Shown here: positions 44,993-56,444 of the stretch, piece by piece
How the letters are laid out: every line of letters begins with the position of its first letter
Numbering within the stretch: the stretch's first letter is position 1
Assembly (NCBI GenBank): GCA_963761695.1
Contig: CAVXIB010000015.1
Coordinates: forward strand, 91,807-155,806
Direction of reading: 5' to 3'
DNA: 64,000 bases
Source of the DNA: an uncultured Actinomycetota bacterium
GTDB taxonomy: Bacteria > Actinomycetota > Actinomycetes > Mycobacteriales > SCTD01
Position numbers and translations under genes: made by a program
The notes under the pieces: model-generated
What the model was told of the DNA's origin: nothing
The model's input: only the letters and a program-made list of their open reading frames with translations
The model's database searches: none

Positions 44993-45988
44993 ATGCCCGA
45001 CGACAGCGCCGACCGACCCCGCGTCCTGTCCGGCATCCAGCCCACCGGAAGCGGCAAGCACCTGGGCAACTTCCTGGGCGCGGTCCGGCACTGGGCCGCG
45101 CTGCAGGACGCCTTCGAGTGCTTCTACTTCGTGGCCGACCTGCACGCGCTGACCACTACGCCCGACCCCGCCGAGCAGCGCGACCGCACGCTGCGCACGG
45201 CCTGCGAGCTGCTGGCCATGGGGGTGGACCCCGCGCGCTCCACCCTGTTCTGCCAGTCGCACGTGCCCGAGCACGCCGAGCTGGCCTGGGTGCTCGGCTG
45301 CCTCACCAGCACCGGCGAGGCCAGCCGCATGACCCAGTTCAAGGAGAAGGGCGGCGGCAACGTCGGCCTGTTCACCTACCCGGTCCTGCAGGCGGCCGAC
45401 ATCCTGCTGTACCGCCCCAAGGCGGTCCCGGTGGGCGAGGACCAGCGTCAGCACCTGGAGCTCACCCGCGACCTCGCGCAGCGCTTCAACGGGCGCTACG
45501 GGGACACCTTCCTCGTTCCCGACCCCTACGTGCAGGCGAGCGCGGCCCGCATCAAGGACCTGCAGGACCCGACGGCGAAGATGAGCACCAGCCGCGGCGG
45601 TCCCGGCACGATCTGGGTGGTCGACGAGCCGAAGGCCATCGTCAAGAAGGTCAAGAGCGCGGTCACCGACACCGGCCGCGAGGTGCGGGCCTCCGACGAC
45701 AAGCCGGGCATCAGCAACCTGCTGACCATCCTGTCGGTGTGCGCCGAGCGCTCGGTCGCCGACCTGGAGGCCGACTACGACGGCAAGGGCTACGGCGACT
45801 TCAAGGCCGACGTCGCCGAGGCGGTGGTCGCGCTGTTCACGCCGGTCCGCGAGCGGTACGCCGAGCTCGTGGCCGCTCCCGACCATGTCGAGGGCCTGCT
45901 GGCCGAGGGCGCTGCCCGGGCCCGCGAGGTCGCCGTCGCCACGATGCGCGAGGTGCGGCAGCGCGTCGGGCTGCTGCCCGGGAGGTGA
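44993..45988 (+). CDS. trpS: tryptophan--tRNA ligase
   Basis: It has a class I HIGH-like motif (GIQPTGSGKHLGNFLGA) and a KMSKS-like motif (KMSTS), plus YPVLQAADIL. Confidence 0.95.
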   Translation: MPDDSADRPRVLSGIQPTGSGKHLGNFLGAVRHWAALQDAFECFYFVADLHALTTTPDPAEQRDRTLRTACELLAMGVDPARSTLFCQSHVPEHAELAWVLGCLTSTGEASRMTQFKEKGGGNVGLFTYPVLQAADILLYRPKAVPVGEDQRQHLELTRDLAQRFNGRYGDTFLVPDPYVQASAARIKDLQDPTAKMSTSRGGPGTIWVVDEPKAIVKKVKSAVTDTGREVRASDDKPGISNLLTILSVCAERSVADLEADYDGKGYGDFKADVAEAVVALFTPVRERYAELVAAPDHVEGLLAEGAARAREVAVATMREVRQRVGLLPGR

Positions 45989-46548
45989 GCCGACGCGTGC
46001 GTGAGTTCGGGGTCGCCATCGGCCTGCCGGAGCCCTACAACGGGGAGCTGCAGGGCTGGCGCGAGCGGCTGGGTGACCCCAACGCGTCGGCCGTCCCGCC
46101 CCACGTCACCCTGCTGCCGCCGACGCCGCTGGAGGACGGGCAGCTGGCCCTGGTCGAGGAGCACCTGCGGCGGGTCGCCGAGCAGCACGACCCCTTCGAC
46201 CTGCACCTGCGCGGGTCGGGCACCTTCCGGCCGGTCTCTCCCGTGGTGTTCGTCCCGCTGGCCCGTGGCATCAGTGAGTGCGAGGCCGTCGAGTCCCAGG
46301 TGCGCTCGGGGCCGCTCGGTCGCGAGACCGCGTTCCCGTACCACCCTCACGTGACGGTGGCCCACGACCTCGACGACGCCGCCCTGGACGCCGCGTTCGA
46401 CGCGCTCGCCGGCTACGACGCCCGGTTCCGGGTGTGGGGCTTCACCCTGTTCGAGCGCGGCACCGACGGCGTCTGGCGGCCGCAGCGCGACTTCCCGTTC
46501 GGCCCGGGCGGGCTCCCCGGACCGGTCGAGCCCGACGCCGCCGGGTGA
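45985..46548 (+). CDS. 2H phosphoesterase / 2'-5' RNA ligase-family protein
   Basis: C-terminal part of ORF 45118..46548, from the GTG at 45985 (GTGA overlap with trpS). It has two HxT motifs (PHVTLLPP and HPHVTVAH). Confidence 0.75.
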   Translation: MSRRVREFGVAIGLPEPYNGELQGWRERLGDPNASAVPPHVTLLPPTPLEDGQLALVEEHLRRVAEQHDPFDLHLRGSGTFRPVSPVVFVPLARGISECEAVESQVRSGPLGRETAFPYHPHVTVAHDLDDAALDAAFDALAGYDARFRVWGFTLFERGTDGVWRPQRDFPFGPGGLPGPVEPDAAG

Positions 46549-46570
46549 CGCTGCGGCGACGGGGTAGGCG

Positions 46571-47800
46571 GTGCACATGTCATCGATGACGGACGCCTGG
46601 ACCCGGGCCCGCCGCAAGCGCCCGCTCCTGGACCACCTCGTCCGCACGGTCGGTCGCTACCAGGCCGACACCGGCGACCGGCTGGCCGCTGCGGTCACCT
46701 ACTACTGGTTCCTCTCGCTGTTCCCCATCGTGCTGCTGGCCATCTCGCTGCTCGGCTACGTCTACGGCGACAGCGCCGCCGAGAAGGTCCAGGACGCCCT
46801 CGGCTCCGCGCTGCCGAGCCAGCTGGTGGCCACCCTCGGCACGACGCTGGAGCAGGCGAAGGGGCCGGCCGGGGTGCTCGGCCTGCTGGGAACGCTCTAC
46901 TCCGGTCTCGGGTGGATCGATGCGCTGCGCGAGGCGATCCGCTCGGTCTGGCACCAGAGCGTGCTGGCCGGCAACATCGTCACCCGCAAGCTGTCCGACG
47001 TCGTCGTCCTGATCGGGCTGTTCGCGACGATCGGTGCCTCCGTCCTGACCACCGGGCTGGTCACCGGCTTCTCCGGAACGGTGCTGAAGGCGCTGGGCAT
47101 CCAGGAGAACCCGGCCGCCACGGTCTTCACCAGGGTGCTCGGTTACGGGCTCGCGCTGCTCGCCGACACCGCCCTGTTCCTCTACCTGTTCGCGCGCCTG
47201 TCCCGGGTGCGCAACCCGCTGCGGCGGCTGGTCGGCGGTGCGGTGTTCGGCGCGATCGGCTTCGAGGTGCTCAAGGTCCTGGGCGGCCTGTACGTGGCCC
47301 GCAGCACCAGCAAGGGTGAGGCCACCTACGGGGCGTTCGCCGTCGTGGTCGGGCTGCTGCTGTTCCTCAACCTGGCCTCCCGCTTCCTGCTGCTGGCGAG
47401 CGCCTTCGTGGTCACCGCGCCCTACGACAGCGACGTCGCGCCGTCGGGCACCGCGTCCCGCGAGCAGGCCCGCCGGGCGGGCATCCCGGAGCACCTGGCC
47501 GACGACGACCCCGACGACCCGGCGCGGCTGCAGGAGGGCGGCGCCCCGACCCGGCTGCGGGCCGCGCTGCAGGGCCGGCTCCCACCGCAGGACGAGCCGG
47601 AGGGTCGGCCGGAGCCGGCCCTCGGGGCGCAGGATGCGGGCGGGGCCGCCGTGCCGTCGGGCGGGGCCGCCGGGCTGCCGACCGCAGGTGCGGTGCAGAC
47701 CGCGGCACGCGTGGTCGCGGGGGCCGGTGCGGTTCTGTTGGGCAGCGTGCTGCTGCACGCCCTCGGCACCCTGTGGCGGCTGGTCCGACGGGGGCGCTGA
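46571..47800 (+). CDS. YihY/BrkB-family membrane protein
   Basis: Motifs LAAAVTYYWFLSLFP and GAFAVVVGLLLFLNLASRFLLL are present with 6 TM helices. The C-terminal extension is long and disordered. Confidence 0.8.
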   Translation: MHMSSMTDAWTRARRKRPLLDHLVRTVGRYQADTGDRLAAAVTYYWFLSLFPIVLLAISLLGYVYGDSAAEKVQDALGSALPSQLVATLGTTLEQAKGPAGVLGLLGTLYSGLGWIDALREAIRSVWHQSVLAGNIVTRKLSDVVVLIGLFATIGASVLTTGLVTGFSGTVLKALGIQENPAATVFTRVLGYGLALLADTALFLYLFARLSRVRNPLRRLVGGAVFGAIGFEVLKVLGGLYVARSTSKGEATYGAFAVVVGLLLFLNLASRFLLLASAFVVTAPYDSDVAPSGTASREQARRAGIPEHLADDDPDDPARLQEGGAPTRLRAALQGRLPPQDEPEGRPEPALGAQDAGGAAVPSGGAAGLPTAGAVQTAARVVAGAGAVLLGSVLLHALGTLWRLVRRGR

Positions 47801-47825
47801 GACCGGGTCCGCGAGGGGCCCGCGC

Positions 47826-50400
47826 TCAGCCCCGGGGGCGCCAGGCGGGGGCCACCGCGCTGTCGACGGCCGGACGGGGTCGACGGGGCGGGGCGGCCGG
47901 CGTGGACGGCGGCTCGGCGGGTTCCGGCGGCGCGGCGGCGACCTCGGACGTCGCGGCGTCTGGCGTCGTGGCGTCTGGCGTCGTGGCGTCGGGCGTCGTG
48001 GCCCCTGGGGCCGTCGCCTCGGAAGTCGTGGCCTCGCCGGTGCGGGCCTCGGGCGTGGTGGCGCTGCCCCGCTCGCGGTGGAGACCTTCACGCACCGCCT
48101 CCTGCACGGCGTCGCGTACGAGGTCCTGCACGGTCGCGACCAGGCTGGACCTGACCTCGGCGACCACGGCGGCGGTGAGGTCACCGACCACGCCGGGCGG
48201 CAGCGTGGCCACCGGCGCCGGGGCGGCCTGGGCCTGTCGGGTCGCCTGGGCCGCCTGATCGGCGGCCGCCGTCTGACCGGCCCGCAGCTCCTGCAGGGTG
48301 GCGGCGGTCCGGCGCAGCAGGTCCGCATCGGGCAGCTGGTCCAGGATGCGGGCGGTCATGGCGGCGACGCCCTGCACCACCGCCTCGAACCCGTCGGCGA
48401 CACCGGTCTCGAAGCTCTCGACCTGCCCGCGCACCGCGGCCACCTCGTCGCGGGTCCGGTCGACCGAGGACGACAGCGGGGGCAGGCTCCCGACCCGCTC
48501 GTGACCTGCCGACCCGCTCGTGCACCTGGCCGACCTGCTCGTGCACCTGGCCGACCTGGCCGCGCACCTCCTCCAGGGTCCGGGTGAGGCCCTCGGGGTC
48601 GACCGACGGACGTGACTCCACCCGGTCCAGCTGCGTGACGAGCCCGTCCAGGAGAGCCTTCGTCTGCATCGTGGCCTGCTGAACGTCCTCGCGCCGAGCA
48701 GCGTCCTCGACGGCCGCCCGCACCTCGGACACGGCAGGGGACAGGGTGCGCTCCAGGGTCGTCTCCACGGCTGACACCACCGCCTGGGTGACCGCGACGT
48801 CGGAGGGCAGGCCGCCGATCTGGTCGCGCAGTGCGCCGAGCTGGTCGGTGAGGGAGCCGATCTGGTCGTGCAGGGCGCCGAGCTGGGTGGCGACGCCGGA
48901 CAGCTGCCCGGTGACCCCGCCGAGCCGGTCGTGGACTCCGCCCACGTGACCGTGGACGCCGTCGACGTGCTCATGCAGGCTCCGCACGGCGGTCTCGAGC
49001 TGCTCGGGCGCCAGGAGGGGACGGTCGGCCAGGTCGCGGACCTGGTCGGCGACGCCTTCGACGGCCGCCCGGTCGGGAAGGGCGTCGAGCCGGCCGGCGA
49101 CGGCGTCGAGCGCGGCGCGGTCGGGGAGGGCGTCGAGCCGGCCGGCGACGGCCTCGACGACGCCGGTGGTCTGTGCGTCGAGGTCGGCGCGCCCGGGCAG
49201 GTCGCGGACCTGCTGGGCCAGGGCGTCGAGCGCGGCGCGGTCGGGGAGGGCGTCGAGCCGGCCGGTGACCGCGTCGAGCGCGGCCCGGTCGGGGAGGGCG
49301 TCGAGCCGGCCGGTGACCGCGTCGAGCGCGGCGCGGTCGGGAAGGGCGTCGAGCCGGCCGGTGACGGCCTCGACGACGCCGCTGGTCTGCGCGTCGAGGT
49401 CGGCGCGCCCGGGCAGGTCGCGGACCTGCTGGGCCAGGGCGTCGAGCGCGGCCCGGTCGGGAAGGACGTCGAGGCGACCGGTGACCGCGTCGAAGGCGGC
49501 GCGGTCGGGAAGGGCGTCCACCCTCCCAGACAGGTCACCGAAAGCCGCCCGGTCCGGCAGCTGCTCGAACCGGGTCAGCAGCGCGCGCACGGACTCGGCG
49601 ACGGCGTCGAGCGCGGCGCGGTCGGCGACCGCCTCGAGCGAGGTGGACAGCGTCGCGGCGACCGCGTCGGTGACGGCTGCGGCGGTGCGTTCCAGGGCGG
49701 CCCGGTCAGGGAGGGCCTCGGTGCGGTCCAGGAGGGTCGCGACCGGCGCGCCGACGTCGTCACGGGACGCCAGCTCGCGCAGCTGCTCGGCGAGGGCGGC
49801 GAGGTCGTCGCGCAGCGCATCACCGGCGGCGCGCGAGCGGAGCTCCGCGAGGGGCTCGTCGAATCGGTCGAGGCGGGCGTCGAGCGCCTGCACCACGTCG
49901 CCGACGACGGCACCGACGTCCGAGGTCTGCGGCAGCGCCCGGACCGCCGTGACGAGCTGGTCGACCCGGGGAAGCAGCGCGTCGGTGCCCGCGCGACCGC
50001 CCAGCTCCTGGACCGCCCGGGCCAGGGCATCGACCTGGTCGGTGGAGGCGGTACCCGACAGCTGCTCCTCGAGCCGCTCGAGCGGAGCGGAGAGGGCCTG
50101 CACGACGCCGGCCGCCGCGCGGGAGGCGCTCTCGGCGTCCTGCAGTCCCGACAGCCGCTCGTCGACGGCCGACAGCGCTGTCCGCAGCTCGCTCAGGCCG
50201 GCGTCGACGACGTCGGTGGCGGTGGCGTTCCGCACCTGGCTCGCGACGTCGTCGAGGCGATGGCCGAGGTCGGCCAGGGTCTCGGTCAGCGCCCGCTGCT
50301 CGGACACCTGGTCCTGGACGGCCTGCGACAGCAGGCTGCGCAGACGGGCCTCGGCCGCGGACGGGCCGGACTCGGCGGGCGGGACGTCGGACGGCACCAC
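47826..50400 (-). pseudogene. about 858-aa Ala/Asp/Leu/Val-rich tandem-repeat protein of unknown family (frame break inside one repeat)
   Basis: ORF 48181..50400 (739 aa) joins the frame ending at 47826. The junction near 48500-48515 lies in a GQVHE(Q/R)V repeat, where one copy lacks 2 nt relative to its neighbours. No signal peptide or TM helix. Repeat classes are detailed in the findings. Confidence 0.7.
49054..49533. repeat. intragenic nested tandem repeat: 48-bp units within a 216-bp higher-order unit
   Basis: The 48-bp unit is GGCGTCGAGCGCGGCGCGGTCGGGGAGGGCGTCGAGCCGGCCGGTGAC. Copies lie at 49102, 49222, 49270, 49318, 49438 and 49486, with partial copies before 49102. They are interleaved with a duplicated 72-bp block at 49150-49221 and 49366-49437. 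Confidence 0.85.
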
Positions 50401-51863
50401 GGGTGGGCTCCTCGCTCGGGCGGGGCCGGCGGGAGCGCGACCCGCCTGCAGTCTTCCAGTGCGGACCGGCGTGGTGGGAGCCGCCCGGCGTCGGCGGTCC
50501 GGCTAGCGGCGGGGAACCGTCCGCCGCCCCGGGTCGGTGGGCGCGCGGGGTGAGGGTGCGGGGCGCCCGGAACCGGTCGGGCGGCCGGTGGCAGCGGGCT
50601 GTCGCAGGTCGCTGGAGGAGCGCGGTCGGGCCGTTGCCGAGCCCCGGCTGCCGCGGGGCCCCGTCCGGCCGGGGGGCGGCCGCGGCTCCCGGTGCCTCCG
50701 ACCCCGGTGCCGCCCACCCCTGTACCGCCCACCCCGGCGCGGGCCGCGGCACGTCGGGCCGACCGGGCCAGGACCACCTGACGCCGGCGACGCACCAGCA
50801 GGATCGCGCCGAGCAGGGCGCCGCCGCTGAGGGCCTGCACCGGCAGCCCGGCCCCGTCGGAGGGGGCGGCGGCGGGCGCCCCGACCGGACGGCGCACGAC
50901 GGCCTGGTCCACGGCGGGGGCGGGGGTCACGGGGTCTGCGGCCGGGTCCACGAGCGTGCCGATGGGCTGGGTCCCGCGGGACACCGCGGCGAAGCCCCAG
51001 TCGAGCAGGGCCGCCGCCTCCACGTGCACCCGCGGCTGCGTGCGCATGAGGGTGACCAGCAGGGTGTGGCCGTTGCGGGTGGCTGCGCCGACGAAGCTCG
51101 CCTTCGCCCGCGTCGTGTACCCGTTCTTGATGCCCAGGGCGCCGTCGTAGGTGGCGAGCAGCTTGTTGTGGTTGACGGTGGCGATCCGCTTGCCGCCCGG
51201 TCCGCTCACGCTCCCCCGGCGGGTCGAGACCCAGCGCCGGAAGTCCGGCGAGGCCATCCCCGCCCTTGCCAGCAGGGCGAGGTCGTAGGCGGAGCTGAGC
51301 TGCCCGTCGGCGTCCAGGCCGCTGGGGTTGACCGCGTGCGTGTCCAGGGCCTGCAGGCGGGTGGCCTCGGCGTTCATCGCCTCGATGGCGGCCGGACCCC
51401 CGGCGCCTCGGGCGAGGGTCATGGCGACGTCGTTGCCCGAGACCATCATCATCGCCTGGAAGAGCTCGTCGACGGGGTAGCCCACCCGCTCCACCAGCCC
51501 GACCTTGCTCCCGTCGACGGCGACGTCGTCGAACTCCGGCACGAGCTTGCGGTCCGGGGGCAGCAGCGGCGCCAGGGCCACGGCGGTGAGGATCTTGAGC
51601 GTGCTCGCCGGGGCGAAGCGCCCGTGGGCGTTCTTCGCCCCCAGCACCTGACCGGTGTCGAGGTCGGCGACGAGCCAGCCCTGGGCCACGACCTCCTTCG
51701 GGACCGCCGGGGCGCCGAGGCCGAGGACCACGCCGGGGCCGCCGAGCTGCGCGCCGCCGACGACGTCGACCTGCGCCGAGGCGGGCGGAGCGAGTGCCGC
51801 GGGGACACCGAGCAGGGCGATCCCGAGGAGGGCGGCGGTCAGGGCCCGGAGCGCGGTCGTCAT
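50286..51863 (-). CDS. D-alanyl-D-alanine carboxypeptidase (S11, PBP5/6-type); 3' end uncertain
   Basis: From M40 of ORF 50286..51980 (MTTALRALTAALLGIALLG signal peptide). It has SxxK (ASTLKIL), SGN (VSGNDVA) and KxG (KNGYT) motifs and a C-terminal TM helix followed by RRRR. The last 150 or so codons are Arg/Pro-rich and overlap the next gene, so the real stop may be earlier. Confidence 0.8.
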   Translation of the reverse strand: MTTALRALTAALLGIALLGVPAALAPPASAQVDVVGGAQLGGPGVVLGLGAPAVPKEVVAQGWLVADLDTGQVLGAKNAHGRFAPASTLKILTAVALAPLLPPDRKLVPEFDDVAVDGSKVGLVERVGYPVDELFQAMMMVSGNDVAMTLARGAGGPAAIEAMNAEATRLQALDTHAVNPSGLDADGQLSSAYDLALLARAGMASPDFRRWVSTRRGSVSGPGGKRIATVNHNKLLATYDGALGIKNGYTTRAKASFVGAATRNGHTLLVTLMRTQPRVHVEAAALLDWGFAAVSRGTQPIGTLVDPAADPVTPAPAVDQAVVRRPVGAPAAAPSDGAGLPVQALSGGALLGAILLVRRRRQVVLARSARRAAARAGVGGTGVGGTGVGGTGSRGRPPAGRGPAAAGARQRPDRAPPATCDSPLPPAARPVPGAPHPHPARPPTRGGGRFPAASRTADAGRLPPRRSALEDCRRVALPPAPPERGAHPWCRPTSRPPSPARPRPRPVCAACCRRPSRTRCPSSGR

Positions 51864-51933
51864 GGTCGGGCGACCGTACTGCCGCAGGAGCCGGGCGCCA
51901 GGCGGCGCGCCGCGCCCAGGACGGCGCTGAGGC

Positions 51934-52920
51934 TCAGGGCGCGGTCGCGTCCGCGCCCGTCGAGACGCGGCGGTCGTCACCCATGCGGACCCCCAGCGCC
52001 GGCTTGCTCTGCTCCTCGGCGACCACGTGCGGAATCTGCAGCAGCCGCAGCACGGTCACCAGCACCAGGCCGCCCACCAGGTTGCCCACCGCGGCGAGCG
52101 AGGCGGTCTGGGCCCAGTCGGCGTACCCGAACGGTGCCGCGCCCGTGTGCAGCGCGGCGAAGATCAGCAGCGAGTTGACGACCGCATGGTTGAGCTGGGC
52201 CCCCGCGAGCAGGAACCCCCCGGTGACCGCGGGCACGAGCTTGAGGCCCGGCGACTCGGTGCTGTGCTGCATCCACGTCATCAACGTGATGACGGCCCCG
52301 CCCAGGACCGACAGGCTGAACGCCCGAAGGCCCAGACCCAGGTCGATGTAGAAGCCACCCGCCTTGATCGCCGTCTCGGCGAACTGCGGGAACCCCTGCA
52401 TGAGCACGAGCGTGAAGACCCAGCCCCCGGCGAGGTTCGCGGCGAACGTGACCAGCCACAGGCGGGGGAGCATGCGGAAGCGGGCCTGCCGCGCGACCAC
52501 CGTGGTGACCGGCACGAGGAAGTCCTCGGTGAACAGCTCGCTCTTGGCCAGGCTCAGGGCGATGAAGCCGACCGTGAAGGCCAGGCCGGCGAGCAGCACG
52601 CTCCCGGTCTCGTGCTCGACGAGCAGCAGGGCGAGGACACCGGTGCCGACGTCGATGCCGCCGAGCAGACCGGTCGACAGCAGCGGCCAGGTCTTGCGCG
52701 ACAGGCGACGGCGACCCTCGTCGACCGAGCGGAGGAAGGCCTCCTCGATCTCGACCTCGGCCACCCCGCGCTCGGAGGCCGGGTCGGACCCGACCCCTGG
52801 GCGCTCGGACTCCTCCGGGCGCGAGGTGTCCGGGCCGTCGCCGTCGCCGTGGGTCTCGGTGTCGTCCGGGCTCTCGGTGTCGTCCGGGGCGGTCCCGGGC
52901 TCCTGCGTCGTGCCGGCCAC
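51934..52920 (-). CDS. formate/nitrite transporter (FNT) family protein
   Basis: Six TM helices with LSLAKSELFTEDFL and AGAQLNHAVVN motifs. The N-terminus is acidic and disordered, and the start is uncertain. Confidence 0.8.
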   Translation of the reverse strand: MAGTTQEPGTAPDDTESPDDTETHGDGDGPDTSRPEESERPGVGSDPASERGVAEVEIEEAFLRSVDEGRRRLSRKTWPLLSTGLLGGIDVGTGVLALLLVEHETGSVLLAGLAFTVGFIALSLAKSELFTEDFLVPVTTVVARQARFRMLPRLWLVTFAANLAGGWVFTLVLMQGFPQFAETAIKAGGFYIDLGLGLRAFSLSVLGGAVITLMTWMQHSTESPGLKLVPAVTGGFLLAGAQLNHAVVNSLLIFAALHTGAAPFGYADWAQTASLAAVGNLVGGLVLVTVLRLLQIPHVVAEEQSKPALGVRMGDDRRVSTGADATAP

Positions 52921-52926
52921 GGAGGG

Positions 52927-53673
52927 CTAGACCCGCCGGTAGATCAGCGCGCGCTTGACTTCCTGGATCGCCTTGGTGACCTCGATGCCGCGGGGGCACG
53001 CGTCGGTGCAGTTGAAGGTGGTCCGGCAGCGCCAGACCCCCTCCTTCTCGTTGAGGATCTCCAGCCGCTCCTCGGCGCCGTCGTCGCGGCTGTCGAAGAT
53101 GAAGCGGTGCGCGTTGACGATGGCCGCCGGGCCGAAGTAGCTCTCGTCGGTCCAGTACACCGGGCACGACGTGGTGCAGGCGGCGCACAGGATGCACTTG
53201 GTGGTGTCGTCGAAGCGTTCGCGGTCGGCCGCGGACTGAAGCCGCTCGCGGGTGGGCTCACGGCCGTCGGTGATGAGGAACGGCTTCACGGCCCGGTAGG
53301 CCTCGAAGAAGGGCTCCATGTCGACGACGAGGTCCTTCTCGACCGGCAGGCCCTTGATCGGCTCGACCAGGATGGTGTCGCCGAGGTCCTTCACCAGCAC
53401 CTTGCAGGCCAGGCGGTTGACGCCGTTGATGCGCATGGCGTCCGAGCCGCAGACGCCGTGCGCGCACGAGCGCCGGAAGGTCAGCGAGCCGTCCTGGTAC
53501 CACTTGATCTGGTGCAGGGCGTCGAGCAGGCGGTCGCCCTTCTCCACCGGCACCTCGAAGGTCTGCCAGTTGGCCTCCGGATCCACCTCGGGGTCGAAGC
53601 GCCGGATCTTCAGGGTGACGGTGCGCAGGTGGTCCTGCACCGGGGACTCCTGGGGAGCCGCCGGCTTGTCCAT
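52927..53673 (-). CDS. sdhB: succinate dehydrogenase iron-sulfur subunit
   Basis: From the ATG at 53673 within ORF 52927..53979. Three Cys clusters are present: CAHGVCGSDA...C, CILCAACTTSCP and CRTTFNCTDACP. Confidence 0.95.
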   Translation of the reverse strand: MDKPAAPQESPVQDHLRTVTLKIRRFDPEVDPEANWQTFEVPVEKGDRLLDALHQIKWYQDGSLTFRRSCAHGVCGSDAMRINGVNRLACKVLVKDLGDTILVEPIKGLPVEKDLVVDMEPFFEAYRAVKPFLITDGREPTRERLQSAADRERFDDTTKCILCAACTTSCPVYWTDESYFGPAAIVNAHRFIFDSRDDGAEERLEILNEKEGVWRCRTTFNCTDACPRGIEVTKAIQEVKRALIYRRV

Positions 53674-53716
53674 GGTGACGCTCACTGGCCGGGCACTTCC
53701 TGACTGTCGCGGCGCA

Positions 53717-55471
<1,755 letters not shown>

Positions 55472-55475
55472 GGTT

Positions 55476-55928
55476 CTACCCCCGCAGGTTCGGGTCGAAG
55501 GTGAAGATCACGAGGGTGCCGAGCATGAGCACCAGGGTCGACGCCGTGTAGAGCAGCATCTTGAGCCAGAAGCGGGTGCCGTCGCGCTCGGCGTAGTCGT
55601 TGATGATCACGCGCAGTCCGTTGGTGCCGTGCAGCTGAGCGAGCCACAGCTGGGCGAGGTCCCAGGTGCGCCAGAAGGGGGAGGCCCAGCGGCCGGCGAC
55701 GAACGCGAAGTTCACGCGCTGCACGCCGCCGTCGAGGATGTTCATGATGAGCAGGTGGCCGAGCACCAGGACCACCAGCAGCAGGCCCGACATGCGCATG
55801 AAGATCCAGCTGTACATCTCGAAGTTGGTCTTCGAGCGGCTGCCGGACGGGTTCTTGCGGCGGCTGCGCGGCGCCTCGATGACCGGGCGGTCGTGCTCGG
55901 GCGCCGCGGCGTCGACGGTGGCGGTCAT
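55476..55928 (-). CDS. sdhD: succinate dehydrogenase membrane anchor subunit
   Basis: From the ATG at 55928 (ATGA overlap with the sdhC stop). It is a three-TM protein located between sdhC and sdhA. Confidence 0.8.
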   Translation of the reverse strand: MTATVDAAAPEHDRPVIEAPRSRRKNPSGSRSKTNFEMYSWIFMRMSGLLLVVLVLGHLLIMNILDGGVQRVNFAFVAGRWASPFWRTWDLAQLWLAQLHGTNGLRVIINDYAERDGTRFWLKMLLYTASTLVLMLGTLVIFTFDPNLRG

Positions 55929-56317
55929 GCGGCGCTCCCGAAGATGGTGGCGAAGGTGTGCTTGAGCATGAAGTACACGCCGGGGACCATGACGACGAGC
56001 GTGATCCCGACGACGACGAAGGTCATGTGCTTCTGGTAGCGGGTGCCCTTGTCCCAGAAGTCGATCGCCATGACGCGCAGGCCGTTGAGCGCGTGGTAGA
56101 GCACCGCGCCGACCAGGCCAACCTCGAACAGGTTCACCAGCGGCGTCTTGTAGGTGTCGATGACGCGGTTGTAGGCGTCCGGCGACACCCGCACGAGGGC
56201 GGTGTCGAGCACGTGCGAGAAAAGGAAGAAGAAGATGAGGACTCCGGTGACGCGGTGCGCCACCCAGGACCACATGCCCTCGCGCCCTCGGTAGAGCGTT
56301 CCTGCCGGTGCCTTCAC
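55925..56317 (-). CDS. sdhC: succinate dehydrogenase cytochrome b subunit
   Basis: 130-aa ORF with RVTGVLIFFFLFSHV and YHALNGLR heme-ligand contexts. Confidence 0.85.
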   Translation of the reverse strand: MKAPAGTLYRGREGMWSWVAHRVTGVLIFFFLFSHVLDTALVRVSPDAYNRVIDTYKTPLVNLFEVGLVGAVLYHALNGLRVMAIDFWDKGTRYQKHMTFVVVGITLVVMVPGVYFMLKHTFATIFGSAA

Positions 56318-56444
56318 CGTTGCGCCTCCTCGGATCTGCGTCGCGCGGACGCAGCCTGCGCCGGGTGCTCCTCCGACCAGAGGTCCGACCGCCCGAGCCT
56401 AACGACGTGCGGCCCGGGTGGCACGTCGGGGCCGATCCGGTTCG

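Noticed and set aside
56336-56427. Short hairpins (CTGCGTC-N5-GACGCAG and GACGTGC-N10-GCACGTC) as the kinase terminator or an sdh attenuator
   Set aside because: The stems are only 7 bp in a GC-rich background, and I cannot distinguish them from chance.
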